Positions 8,941-18,040 of a stretch of 64,000 nt of DNA are shown here, one piece after another (position 1 is the stretch's first letter; the number at the start of each line of letters is the position of its first letter). Source of the DNA: Patescibacteria group bacterium (GTDB taxonomy: Bacteria; Patescibacteriota; Minisyncoccia; Phycocordibacterales; Phycocordibacteraceae); contig JAGWWK010000001.1 in the NCBI GenBank assembly GCA_018970425.1, forward strand, positions 144,845-208,844. Reading direction: 5' to 3'. A program made the translations under genes and the position numbers. The notes beneath the pieces were generated by a model, which was not told where the DNA came from, made no database searches, and was given only the letters and a program-made list of their open reading frames with translations.

Positions 8941-10757
8941 CGTACACGAAGAGCATTACCAAGCGGAAGGAAGTCGGTCAAAAAGTTATACAGCGCGGCT
9001 CCTTGCGGCCCGATGTACCCAATCGCAACGAGTGCAAGTCCAAACGCGTTTGTCGCCCCCCAAATATAGAAATCCTGCCGAGCAATACGGTTAGCGCTGC
9101 GGGCGAGCCGAAGCGTATACGGAATGGCGTCGAGGTTGTCGCGCATAACTACCAGCTCAGCGCTCTCAATAGTACCTTCAGCGCCCAGACCCCCCATCGC
9201 AATACCAACGGATGAACGCGCGAGTGCCGCCGCATCGTTAATCCCATCCCCAACCATCGCGACAGGACCCTCAGCTTCGAGCTCCGAGATGATGCGTACC
9301 TTATCCTCAGGCAGAAGATTTGCGTACGCACGGTCTATACCGGTCGTGGCGCGTACGGTCTCCCCTACGCGCTCATTGTCGCCGGTAAGAAGCACTGTCC
9401 GGACAATCCCGAGCGCTCGCAACTCCTCAATGACAGCTGATGCGTTATCCTTCACTCGGTCTTCCGCGGCGAGCGCTCCAATGATGGCGCCAGTTACAGA
9501 CACAAACGACACGCTTCGCCCAAGCCCTGCCTCGCGCACAGCCGCACTTCGGACGTTCTCAGGAATCTCAATACCTAACTCAATAAATAACGCTTCTTTC
9601 CCGAGCGCGATGGTGTCGGCTCCATCCGTAACTACAATCCCTCTACCGCCGAATTCCTTGACATCTGCAGGACTGACAGAAGTATCGGGTACTGCGTCTA
9701 AGATCGCGCGTGAGAGCGGGTGGCGCGAGTGGACTGCTGCACGCGCTGCCTCGCGAAGAACTCTCTCTCGGTCGCCGTGAGGAGCTACCACGGACGCGAT
9801 GCGAAGTATTCCTGTCGTGAGTGTACCGGTCTTATCAAACACGATCGTTGTAATACTGCCAAACCGTTCAAGGTGGCGCGCACTTTTTACAATAATGCCG
9901 CGCCGGGCGGCAGCGCGAATAGCGCGCAGGTACGTAATCGGTACCGCTACCGCGACATCGTCGGCGCACACCACGAGCACAACCGCAAGAACAAGCGCGG
10001 TGTCATGCGTAATTCCGAGGAGTACCGCAGACCCAAAAAATATAACGAGGAGATATATTCGTCCGAAGCGCTCGCCCATGGTTTCAGCAACCGGTTTCTG
10101 CGCGCGCGATGCCTCAACGAGCGCGATGACCCGCTCAAGCGTGGTGTCTTTCCCAACACGTGTCGCGCGAAGCACTAGAGAGCCCGATGCGACGAGCGTC
10201 GATGAGTAGACCTGACTTCCCTCGCGCACATCAACGGGTAGCGACTCTCCAGTGAGCGTAGACTCATCAATGGCTGCCTCGCCGCGAAGCACCGTTCCGT
10301 CTACAGGTACTCGTTCGGAGATACGCACATGCACAATCTCACCAACCTGAACCGCGTCAACCGGCACAGTAACGAGAGACTCACCGCGCTCAATGAGCGC
10401 CGTTTGCGGCTTGAGCTTGAGGAGCGAGCGGATGCTTGACTCAACCTGTGAGCGAGTCAGGTCCGCAAGAATGCGCGCCGCCGCAAGCATAAGCGCGATA
10501 AACACCGCGGAAGCCCACGCACTAGTCGCGAGAGAGAACAGTAACGCCACGGATGCAAGGAGTTCCATTGACCCCCACTCGCGCGCCCGCACTGATCTAA
10601 CTGCCTGATACACGACTGGCGCGGTTCCAAGAAGTGCCGCTCCGACGAGGAGTGCGTCCCTGAGCGGAGCAGCTATAAAAAATGAAGCAATGAGTACGAT
10701 AGAGAGAAGCGCTGCAATGAGCGCGTCTCTCTGATACGGCGTAAGCTCTGCGCGCAT
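8937..10757 (-). CDS. P-type cation-transporting ATPase (P1B-like topology, no N-terminal metal-binding domain, atypical TM motif)
   Basis: 606 aa. A-domain TGES (STLTGESLPV), phosphorylation motif DKTGTLT, hinge GDGINDAAAL. About 8 predicted TMs laid out as in P1B ATPases, but the helix preceding DKTGT reads VVCADDVAV where P1B ATPases carry CPC/CPx. Confidence 0.85.
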   Translation of the reverse strand: MRAELTPYQRDALIAALLSIVLIASFFIAAPLRDALLVGAALLGTAPVVYQAVRSVRAREWGSMELLASVALLFSLATSAWASAVFIALMLAAARILADLTRSQVESSIRSLLKLKPQTALIERGESLVTVPVDAVQVGEIVHVRISERVPVDGTVLRGEAAIDESTLTGESLPVDVREGSQVYSSTLVASGSLVLRATRVGKDTTLERVIALVEASRAQKPVAETMGERFGRIYLLVIFFGSAVLLGITHDTALVLAVVLVVCADDVAVAVPITYLRAIRAAARRGIIVKSARHLERFGSITTIVFDKTGTLTTGILRIASVVAPHGDRERVLREAARAAVHSRHPLSRAILDAVPDTSVSPADVKEFGGRGIVVTDGADTIALGKEALFIELGIEIPENVRSAAVREAGLGRSVSFVSVTGAIIGALAAEDRVKDNASAVIEELRALGIVRTVLLTGDNERVGETVRATTGIDRAYANLLPEDKVRIISELEAEGPVAMVGDGINDAAALARSSVGIAMGGLGAEGTIESAELVVMRDNLDAIPYTLRLARSANRIARQDFYIWGATNAFGLALVAIGYIGPQGAALYNFLTDFLPLGNALRVR

Positions 10758-10766
10758 GCGTACGCG

Positions 10767-11180
10767 TTACAAGACTCCGAATCCTATAAGCGCCGCACCG
10801 ACCCAACCGAGCGTTGACGCGGCTCCGGAGAGCATAAGGAGAAACTGTTCGTGACGCGGAAGCGCGGCAAAGGGCTTTTCAAACGCACGCTGCATGAGCC
10901 AGTGAATAACGAACGAGTTTACGATAAGAAGGAGTACAAATGCCATCTTGAGCCAGAACGATGGCAGGCCTGAAAGGTACGCCACGCGATCATACGCCAG
11001 ATACGCGCCCGAGAGCACCATCCCTACTAGCCCGAACCAGACAAATGTGTGCAATCGACTAACCACTCGCCGATCAAGCGTTACAACTTCTCCGCGGAAA
11101 TATCGCCATCCGAGGTAGTCTGCCCATACGATTCCGCACACCGTAGCGACGAGTATAGCGAGGTGGAGTGTCGTATCCAT
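10767..11180 (-). CDS. hypothetical integral membrane protein (4 predicted TMs)
   Basis: 137 aa, almost entirely hydrophobic helices. 9-bp gap to the P-type ATPase. Confidence 0.35.
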   Translation of the reverse strand: MDTTLHLAILVATVCGIVWADYLGWRYFRGEVVTLDRRVVSRLHTFVWFGLVGMVLSGAYLAYDRVAYLSGLPSFWLKMAFVLLLIVNSFVIHWLMQRAFEKPFAALPRHEQFLLMLSGAASTLGWVGAALIGFGVL

Positions 11181-11186
11181 ACTGCG

Positions 11187-11633
11187 TTAGGGCAGAAGAT
11201 TGCCGATCTTGAACTGTGAGAGCGCTGCTTCAGCATTCTCTTGCATGCCGTGCGCGCGACCAAACGCAGCCGACCCATCCTTGCCGCAGATTGATACAAT
11301 GCGACTCGCTCCTCCCGGATGGCGATCAATCCATGACGTGAGGTCGTAGACAAAACCGTTAATGCTACTCCAGCACGATGATCGATCTGCATGACGAGCT
11401 ACTTCGTCACGCGTAATGCCTGCCGCACGCGTTTCAGCCTCGACAGCAGTATCAGCCTTCGGCGCGTTAGGGCGTACCGACTCACTCACTTCTTCGCGAG
11501 GTACGCGATACTCAATAGCTTCATCTACGCTCGGAGGACGCTCAGGGTACGCGGGAGACTCTGGTGCATTCAGTACGTAGGTGCCTACAGCGCCGAGAGC
11601 AACGAGAAGAATGACTATAACGCCGTATTTCAT
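11187..11633 (-). CDS. cytochrome b5-like heme/steroid-binding domain protein, membrane-anchored
   Basis: 148 aa. N-terminal TM, then a cytochrome-b5 core motif (CWSSINGFVYDLTSWIDRHPGG...ICGKDGSAAF) including the HPGG heme-ligand motif. Confidence 0.55.
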   Translation of the reverse strand: MKYGVIVILLVALGAVGTYVLNAPESPAYPERPPSVDEAIEYRVPREEVSESVRPNAPKADTAVEAETRAAGITRDEVARHADRSSCWSSINGFVYDLTSWIDRHPGGASRIVSICGKDGSAAFGRAHGMQENAEAALSQFKIGNLLP

Positions 11634-12334
11634 ATGCCTACAATGCTACCACGCGTCGCCTCTGGCTTCAGATACCGAAGCCGCACCCGCCGCATAAGCG
11701 GATAGCTCGCGATGTAGAACGACAGATGCAGTGCCACAAGATACCCCATCCCGCCATGTGTGAGCGCTATGTACGCGAGCACGCTTCCTCCGACGAGCGA
11801 TGCGGTCGCAAAAATAATCGCATACCGTGCTGGAAGAATAAAAAATAGGAGTAGGTGGGCAACAAAAAAGTAGAGTGCGAATGCTGCGCCCCCATATACC
11901 ATGCCAAGAAGCTGCTCGAACGCAAGAACAACGATGACTGCCATCGTGATTTGGAACAGAACATCGGCGGCTTTCGCGGCGGCATACCCCAGAGACCCTT
12001 CCCCGCCGGGCGTGTAGGCAAAGCGGCCAGTGAGCGCCCCAACAATAAGGAGTAAGAGAACGCCTGCGAGCGCAGCAATCTCGTATACGCTCATGTAGAG
12101 AAGACGAAGCACGGGCTCCATTGAAAAAAGAATGAGGCCGCCAAGAGTGCCTAAGAAGAAATACATCGAGACAAGAACCGGTGCGTGCCAGTAGTCAATC
12201 CGCCGTTTAAATAGTACGCCCTCATACAATCCGAATAGCGCGAGGAAGTAGAGGATCGGCGCAACAAGGTCGAGCATGTGTCTAGAGTAAGTATAGCGCG
12301 TGCTACGATTTGCGAATGGATTCGCTCCTATCAT
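11630..12334 (-). CDS. hypothetical polytopic membrane protein (about 6-7 TMs)
   Basis: 234 aa hydrophobic ORF. Overlaps the cytochrome-b5 gene by 4 bp. The start may be the internal Met at ~12277, because the annotated start overlaps the divergent uppP. Confidence 0.35.
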   Translation of the reverse strand: MIGANPFANRSTRYTYSRHMLDLVAPILYFLALFGLYEGVLFKRRIDYWHAPVLVSMYFFLGTLGGLILFSMEPVLRLLYMSVYEIAALAGVLLLLIVGALTGRFAYTPGGEGSLGYAAAKAADVLFQITMAVIVVLAFEQLLGMVYGGAAFALYFFVAHLLLFFILPARYAIIFATASLVGGSVLAYIALTHGGMGYLVALHLSFYIASYPLMRRVRLRYLKPEATRGSIVGI

Positions 12335-13131
12335 TTTCTATTCTCGGCGCGCTAGAGGGGCTTACGGAATTTCTCCCAATTTCGTCAACGGGACACCTAA
12401 TCGTAGCGCGCGATTTTTTTAGCCTCAGTACTGGAAATGATCTCGCTGTTGATGCGGTGCTCCAGCTCGCGACCATTCTTGCGCTCGTCGTTTATTTCAG
12501 ACGCGATCTCTATGAACTTCTTCGCACCGCGCTCGCGCTCGTGTCGAGAAAATCAGCTGGGACAGCAGAAACAGCACTCCTCATCAGTATCATTGTCGGA
12601 ACTATTCCCGCGCTCGTATTTGGCCTCATGCTCGAGGACATCATGGCAACGATCTTTCGGTCATCAACGCTCGTCGCGTACGCCCTGATTGCTGGCTCTG
12701 TCATAATGCTCGCGGCTGAATGGCTACGGCCTAAAACACTCATTACCATACCGGACATCTCCCCTAGACGGGCGATGATCATTGGACTTTTTCAGTCCCT
12801 CGCGCTCATTCCGGGTATGAGTCGCTCTGGCATGACCACTGCGGGCGGAATGTTTCTCGGACTCTCCCGATCTGAAAGCACGCGATTCGGCTTCATTCTT
12901 TCTATTCCGATACTCATCGGCGCAGGAAGTAAAAAAGCGATAGAGCTCGCGACGAGCGGAGCACTCTCTTCATTCGGAGTCGAACTTGTTATAGGGTCCG
13001 TCATCGCGTTTGTGATCGGCGTGTCCACCATTCATTTGTTCCTCACCATCGCGCGCAAGACGCCACTCACCGTCTTTGTGGCGTATCGTCTCGCACTGGC
13101 GGTGTTTATCCTTATCTACCTTGGCGCGTAG
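12310..13131 (+). CDS. uppP: undecaprenyl-diphosphate phosphatase
   Basis: 273 aa. BacA/UppP signatures GLTEFLPISSTGH and SRSGMT; polytopic. Confidence 0.85.
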   Translation: MRMDSLLSFSILGALEGLTEFLPISSTGHLIVARDFFSLSTGNDLAVDAVLQLATILALVVYFRRDLYELLRTALALVSRKSAGTAETALLISIIVGTIPALVFGLMLEDIMATIFRSSTLVAYALIAGSVIMLAAEWLRPKTLITIPDISPRRAMIIGLFQSLALIPGMSRSGMTTAGGMFLGLSRSESTRFGFILSIPILIGAGSKKAIELATSGALSSFGVELVIGSVIAFVIGVSTIHLFLTIARKTPLTVFVAYRLALAVFILIYLGA

Positions 13132-13182
13132 TATTCGCCGCCCATCGGCTCGAGGGCCGAAAAATCACGGTACAGTGAGCGT

Positions 13183-13869
13183 ATGGATTTTTTATACTAC
13201 ACGAGCCCGGTACTCATCGCTGCTGTAACAGCGCTCTCTATAGCAGCCTACTCATGGCATCGGTACTCACTCGCGTCCGTCGTTGTGCTTGGCTGGGGAG
13301 CCGCCGCAATCATACTTGGCCAACTCACCTTCTTTGACGGTTTGCTTGTTTGGCTACCATCCGACTGGCCGTATTTCATCGCATTTGCACTTCTTGCCTT
13401 CACTCCGGCAGCGCTCCTTGTGGTGGCAGCAGCACGCTCCAGGAAATTCAAGATGTTTCTTGAGAACGTCCCGATACGCATACTTCTCCTCACCCAAATC
13501 TCAAGAATTGGAGGTATTGCCCTCATCGCCGCGTACTTGCGCGGAGAACTACCTGCCCACATTGGCCTTATATCAGGAGGTATTGACATCGCGGTCGCGA
13601 TTTCTGCATTCGCACTCGCGTACTATTACCCAAAAGGTAACGCTCCGGTACTCGGAGTTGCGTGGGCATCTGTCTCCCTCCTAGACTTTATGTGGGCGGT
13701 GTCTATCGTGACCGCCTCGTTCCTTGGTTTTATCGCCGTAGTTCCCGCACCAGCCCTCATGGGTGCGCCACCACTTCTTGTCATCTCACTTTTCGCACTT
13801 CCTCTCGGCATATTTGTGAGCATCGAGGTCTTACGTCGCTCATGGACGAACGCATTCAGGCCACAGTAG
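13183..13869 (+). CDS. hypothetical polytopic membrane protein
   Basis: 228 aa, about 7 hydrophobic helices, no diagnostic motif. Confidence 0.35.
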   Translation: MDFLYYTSPVLIAAVTALSIAAYSWHRYSLASVVVLGWGAAAIILGQLTFFDGLLVWLPSDWPYFIAFALLAFTPAALLVVAAARSRKFKMFLENVPIRILLLTQISRIGGIALIAAYLRGELPAHIGLISGGIDIAVAISAFALAYYYPKGNAPVLGVAWASVSLLDFMWAVSIVTASFLGFIAVVPAPALMGAPPLLVISLFALPLGIFVSIEVLRRSWTNAFRPQ

Positions 13870-13894
13870 GCATTGACCTAAACCATCGCATCCT

Positions 13895-14746
13895 CTACGC
13901 AATACCGCACGTATTTTTTCCTATCGCAGCATAGAACCCGCACCATGAGAAGATCGCCTCAAAGAGCGCGAACCCCGAGAAAAAGATGAGGATCGGGCTC
14001 CAATTCGTAGTAATTGCTAAAACGAAAAGAGCGATCGCAAGTACTAACCGAAGAATGCGGTCGGCTCGTCCTATATTCTGCGGCGCGGCGCGTGCGCCAG
14101 TCGCGAATCGCGTTAGCACTGCCCGGTATAACAGGCCCGCAATGAATGCAAGGACAAACAGCACACTAATAAGCCCGTACCCGAGTGGTGATGTGATAAA
14201 AGTTACGGGCGATGTGTCAAAAAAATCTCGCTTCAACGTCGGAATGAGCGCAAGTGTGGTAATCGTCTCTTGTATACCAAACGCCTCAATCTTTCCTATC
14301 GCGAGCGCATAGTTGCTTTGATTTGACGGACTAAAGACGCGCACTTCATAAGTACCCGCTGGAACGAGATTTTCGTACTCGGGACCTTTCCAGTAGTAGT
14401 CTGCCCCAAATGGCTCATAAAACTTTTCCCAACCATCGACTTGACTCTCGAGTCGGGCGATACGTTCGCCATTTCGAAGGATATCTGCCGATACATCTCT
14501 CTGTGGAACCTCAAGAGCAGGCACGAGCACATTGACGTACAAGTTAAACGGCGCGTCTGCGGTCATAATAAACACATCTGGCGCGCCTGAAAGTGTGCCA
14601 TAAAAAGCCTTTGACACCTCTGGTTCCGTCACCTGGGTCTCGCGGCTTTCAACAATGCGCGGCTGGTGCGCGAGGGCGGTGAGTGGGAGCGTGATGAAGA
14701 GTGAAAGCGCTGCGAAAAAAACTGCTGAGCATTTTTGAACGTTCAT
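13895..14746 (-). CDS. hypothetical secreted/membrane protein (signal peptide, extracytoplasmic domain, C-terminal TM pair)
   Basis: The ORF runs 13895..14824. The probable start MNVQKCSAVFFAALSLFITLPLTALA (Met at 14746) gives a signal peptide. The C-terminal hydrophobic helices end in ...SWCGFYAAIGKNTCGIA. Confidence 0.35.
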   Translation of the reverse strand: MNVQKCSAVFFAALSLFITLPLTALAHQPRIVESRETQVTEPEVSKAFYGTLSGAPDVFIMTADAPFNLYVNVLVPALEVPQRDVSADILRNGERIARLESQVDGWEKFYEPFGADYYWKGPEYENLVPAGTYEVRVFSPSNQSNYALAIGKIEAFGIQETITTLALIPTLKRDFFDTSPVTFITSPLGYGLISVLFVLAFIAGLLYRAVLTRFATGARAAPQNIGRADRILRLVLAIALFVLAITTNWSPILIFFSGFALFEAIFSWCGFYAAIGKNTCGIA

Positions 14747-14778
14747 TCTACGGTAAGTATACCGCTCCTCTATCTCAA

Positions 14779-16026
14779 TCATCGCTCCCCTGCGTGCGAC
14801 CCTGCAACGAACCCGGTTGACCACGCGAGTTGCAGGGAGTACCCGCCCGACGGGCGTCTAATGTGAAGCAAGTCACCTAAAATGAATACATTACTCAGCT
14901 TTTTCGAGCGCGTGGTGCGCATGTCCACCTCTGCAACCGGTACACCTCCGTCCGCGACTACTGATCGATCAAAGCCCATGAGTCCCTCGATTGTTATGGG
15001 CAGGGCTTTCAAGAGGCGCACCAAGGAGCCACGATTCTCTCTCGACAGCGAGTGCACCTTGGTCTCTACCATCTCGGTCGGTAGGAGCATGAGGATGCCG
15101 CGCAGCGTCCCTTCTGGCACTATATCGCGGAGCGCATTTCTAAGTACTTTGTTTTTGCTTTGAGCAAAACGGCCGAGCACCAAGGCATCGAGCGCACCTA
15201 CATCGAGATCTGGATACAGATCGATTTTTGCTGTCACCGCTCCGGTATACATGAGGTCAGAAACCTTGTGTGCCACATTTAAAATAAGTGGCCCTGAAAT
15301 TCCGAAGTGCGTACACAGTACGGTGCCTTTCTCTGAAAATGCCTTACGTCCCTCCGCGTAAAATGTAATCTTCATATCATGAATGGCGACTCCAGCCAGC
15401 TCATGGCTCCATCGCTCACGTGTTTTGAGAGGTACGATGGTCGGTGTTGGTTTTTGAACTGTGTGCCCAAGAGCCCGAAGCCAGGCGAACCCGTCTCCCG
15501 TCGATCCAGTTTCAGGATGCGACACCCCTCCGGTTGCGAAAACAAACTCGCGCGCGCCATATGTGCGTCCTCCTGCGGTGACCGAGCGTACTCGCCCACC
15601 ATCCGCATGAACCTCAGTGACTGGCGTATCGGTCAAGATTGTTACAGAACCCTTCGCAAGGTACCTCTGAAGTGCTGAAACAACGTCTTCGGCCCGCTCC
15701 GTTTCAGGAAACATACGATTCCGTGCCTCGGTTTTGAGTGGAAGTCCGAGTTTAGTAAAAAATACCTCTGTATCCTTCTGTCCAAACTGCGCGAAGAGCG
15801 CGTACAGGTACTTACCCGCACTCCCGTACGAACGTACAAATGCGTGTATATCTGGCTCAGCGTTCGTAATGTTACAGCGTCCACCGCCGGAAATGCGCAG
15901 CTTCTCCCCGAGTGTCGCGTTTTTTTCAAAAAGAAGAACGGAAAGGCCGCGCTCACCGGCGCGGCCTGCGGCCATAAGTCCCGACGCACCTCCGCCAATG
16001 ACGATAAGGTCGAACGGTCGCTCCAT
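14779..16026 (-). CDS. NAD(P)/FAD-dependent oxidoreductase, HI0933/BaiN-like flavoprotein
   Basis: 415 aa. N-terminal Rossmann dinucleotide motif DLIVIGGGASGLMAAGRA; overall HI0933-family architecture. Confidence 0.75.
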   Translation of the reverse strand: MERPFDLIVIGGGASGLMAAGRAGERGLSVLLFEKNATLGEKLRISGGGRCNITNAEPDIHAFVRSYGSAGKYLYALFAQFGQKDTEVFFTKLGLPLKTEARNRMFPETERAEDVVSALQRYLAKGSVTILTDTPVTEVHADGGRVRSVTAGGRTYGAREFVFATGGVSHPETGSTGDGFAWLRALGHTVQKPTPTIVPLKTRERWSHELAGVAIHDMKITFYAEGRKAFSEKGTVLCTHFGISGPLILNVAHKVSDLMYTGAVTAKIDLYPDLDVGALDALVLGRFAQSKNKVLRNALRDIVPEGTLRGILMLLPTEMVETKVHSLSRENRGSLVRLLKALPITIEGLMGFDRSVVADGGVPVAEVDMRTTRSKKLSNVFILGDLLHIRRPSGGYSLQLAWSTGFVAGSHAGER

Positions 16027-16029
16027 GCA

Positions 16030-16545
16030 CTACTTCTTGATACTCGCTTTCTTCTTTTTTGCTGCCACTTTCGGTGCTACTGCGTTAGTCTTTACTTTTG
16101 AAGACTCCGTGTGTGAAGCCGGCTGCAAGGTACTCACCAGAGATACCAACGCATCAAGCTTGTAGGCAAGTACTGCGATGTCGCGCTTCAGGTCATCAAT
16201 TCTCGGATCAGGTACGGTGCGCACCGGCTGCGGTGCAGAACGCTCGAAAGATCGGTCTCGGCGATCATCGCGCTGATCATCGCGTCTGAAGTCTCGACGC
16301 TCATCACGGCGGTGGTCGTGTCTGCCGTCACGGTCAAACGAGCGCGGTGCATCGCCTTCTGGGCGAACGAAGCAGTCTTTACAGTACACGGGCTTCTTCC
16401 CGTTCGGTTCAAACGGTACCGAACATGCCTTCCGGCACTTTGCGCACTCTGCATCAAACATCGGCCGGGAACCCCCGTCTGGGCGAAACGATCTTTTAAA
16501 GTCTCCGCGTTTTGGATATCCAGCCATAGTACGTTTACTATACAC
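16030..16545 (-). CDS. CxxC-x17-CxxC zinc-ribbon domain protein with Arg/Asp-rich repeat region
   Basis: 171 aa. CAKC-(17 aa)-CKDC matches C-x2-C-x17-C-x2-C exactly. Followed by RDGRHDHRRDERRDFRRDDQRDDRRDR repeats and a lysine-rich C-terminus. Confidence 0.7.
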   Translation of the reverse strand: MYSKRTMAGYPKRGDFKRSFRPDGGSRPMFDAECAKCRKACSVPFEPNGKKPVYCKDCFVRPEGDAPRSFDRDGRHDHRRDERRDFRRDDQRDDRRDRSFERSAPQPVRTVPDPRIDDLKRDIAVLAYKLDALVSLVSTLQPASHTESSKVKTNAVAPKVAAKKKKASIKK

Positions 16546-16630
16546 TATTTTATTAAAAATTCAACTATTGTTCCGCTGGTGCAGAATTCTCCTCAATGCG
16601 CTGCCGCGCAAAAAAATAAAATGTGCTGTG

Positions 16631-16701
16631 CTGGGGGACAGGGACTCGAACCCCGATAAACGCCTCCAAAGGGCGCTGTCCTACCATTAGACGATCCCCC
16701 A
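16631..16701 (-). tRNA. tRNA-Gln (anticodon UUG)
   Basis: Reverse complement reads UGGGGGAUCGUCUAAUGGUAGGACAGCGCCCUUUGGAGGCGUUUAUCGGGGUUCGAGUCCCUGUCCCCCAG. It has a 7-bp acceptor stem with U1-A72 (as in E. coli tRNA-Gln), anticodon loop CUUUGGA, T-loop UUCGAGU and discriminator G. CCA is not encoded. Confidence 0.85.
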
Positions 16702-16832
16702 GCACAGAACATTTTTTGAGCGCGCGCTACCGACAAGCATTGCTCCCCGTTCGGCGACCTCTTGGGTAAAAAGCATCACATCGCAGAGCGATGCGTACTT
16801 ACTGTAGCAAATTCGTAACCTTTTTTCATGCG

Positions 16833-18038
16833 CTATTCGTAGCGAAGCGCTTCAGCCGGCTCCATGCGCGCTGCTTGTCGCGCAGGCAGTACTCCGGAGA
16901 GAATACCAACCACAAATGTTACGGCGAGCACTGCCGCTATTCCCCACAGGTCAAGCGACGCGAAGGAGAATAGTCCCGGGTACCCCAGGGACGCTGCGAC
17001 AACGCCAGTCACATAGGCAAGTCCAATCCCTAACGCGGTTCCAAGTACCCCACCCACGAGCCCAACGATACCCGCCTCAATGAGGAATAGCGAGAGAATC
17101 GCGTCATACGATGCGCCGACTGCCTTCAGTATTCCGATGTGCTTAGTGCGCTCAAGGACAGAGGTATACATTGTATTCATAATGCCGACTGCGCCCACAA
17201 CCAGAGACATGAGCGCAATAACCACGAGGGCGAGCTCAATGATACCGAGAATGTCTCCTACAATCCTTCCTGCCTTCTCAATTGTCATTACGGAAAAGTC
17301 CCGGACGGTGTCTTGCTTTGAAAGTGCGAAGCGGATTTCTTGAACGACACGGTTCGGGTCAGCGGTCGGGGCGACTTTTACCAGACCACTCATTACGCCT
17401 TCTCGTATGCCGGTAAGCTGCCGGTAGTACGGAAGCGAGACATACACTTGGTTGTCATCGGTGTGACTCCCCAGCTCACCAACGTATCCGACAATTTTAA
17501 ACCTCTTTGACTTAATAATGAGCTCGTCGCCAATGCGCACTCGTTCAGCAAATAGCTCTTTGTATGCTAAATATCCAAGCACCACCTCACTCGCACTATC
17601 TGACGCAAGCCAGCGCCCCTCTGCAATCCGTATACCCTGTGAGGACTCGAATGTTGCATACATATCTCGTGCAGGCCCACCGACAACTAGAATTGTTTTT
17701 TTCTCTCCTTTAAACTCTGCGTTCAGGAACGACTGATCCATAGGAACAACGGATTCAACACCCGGTATCGACGCGAGCGCCGTAATATCTGCCTCCTTAA
17801 ACTTCACTCCGCCAATGAGGCTCACGAACGGGTTTGTGGGCTCTCCTGGGTAAATAAACACGAGGTTTGAGCCGAAGCCCTGGAGGAGCCGCGCCACAGA
17901 ATTCTGCACGCCACTGCCGAGCGCAAGAATCATAACAACGAGCATAATGCCAATCACAACGCCAGTAACAGTAAGCCAACTGCGAAGTGAGCGGTACCGT
18001 AGACTGCGAAGCGTAAGAAATAATAGATCTGTAAACAT
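16833..18038 (-). CDS. ABC transporter permease, FtsX/MacB-like
   Basis: 401 aa. N-terminal TM, large extracytoplasmic domain and a C-terminal FtsX-like 3-TM bundle. 2-bp gap to the upstream ABC ATPase. Confidence 0.8.
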   Translation of the reverse strand: MFTDLLFLTLRSLRYRSLRSWLTVTGVVIGIMLVVMILALGSGVQNSVARLLQGFGSNLVFIYPGEPTNPFVSLIGGVKFKEADITALASIPGVESVVPMDQSFLNAEFKGEKKTILVVGGPARDMYATFESSQGIRIAEGRWLASDSASEVVLGYLAYKELFAERVRIGDELIIKSKRFKIVGYVGELGSHTDDNQVYVSLPYYRQLTGIREGVMSGLVKVAPTADPNRVVQEIRFALSKQDTVRDFSVMTIEKAGRIVGDILGIIELALVVIALMSLVVGAVGIMNTMYTSVLERTKHIGILKAVGASYDAILSLFLIEAGIVGLVGGVLGTALGIGLAYVTGVVAASLGYPGLFSFASLDLWGIAAVLAVTFVVGILSGVLPARQAARMEPAEALRYE

Positions 18039-18040
18039 AG

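Noticed and set aside
9124-10209. Plus-strand ORFs 9124..9780 (218 aa), 9720..10178 and 9799..10209
   Set aside because: They are antisense to the P-type ATPase. The Ser/Arg/Ala-rich translations are typical of GC-rich spurious frames.
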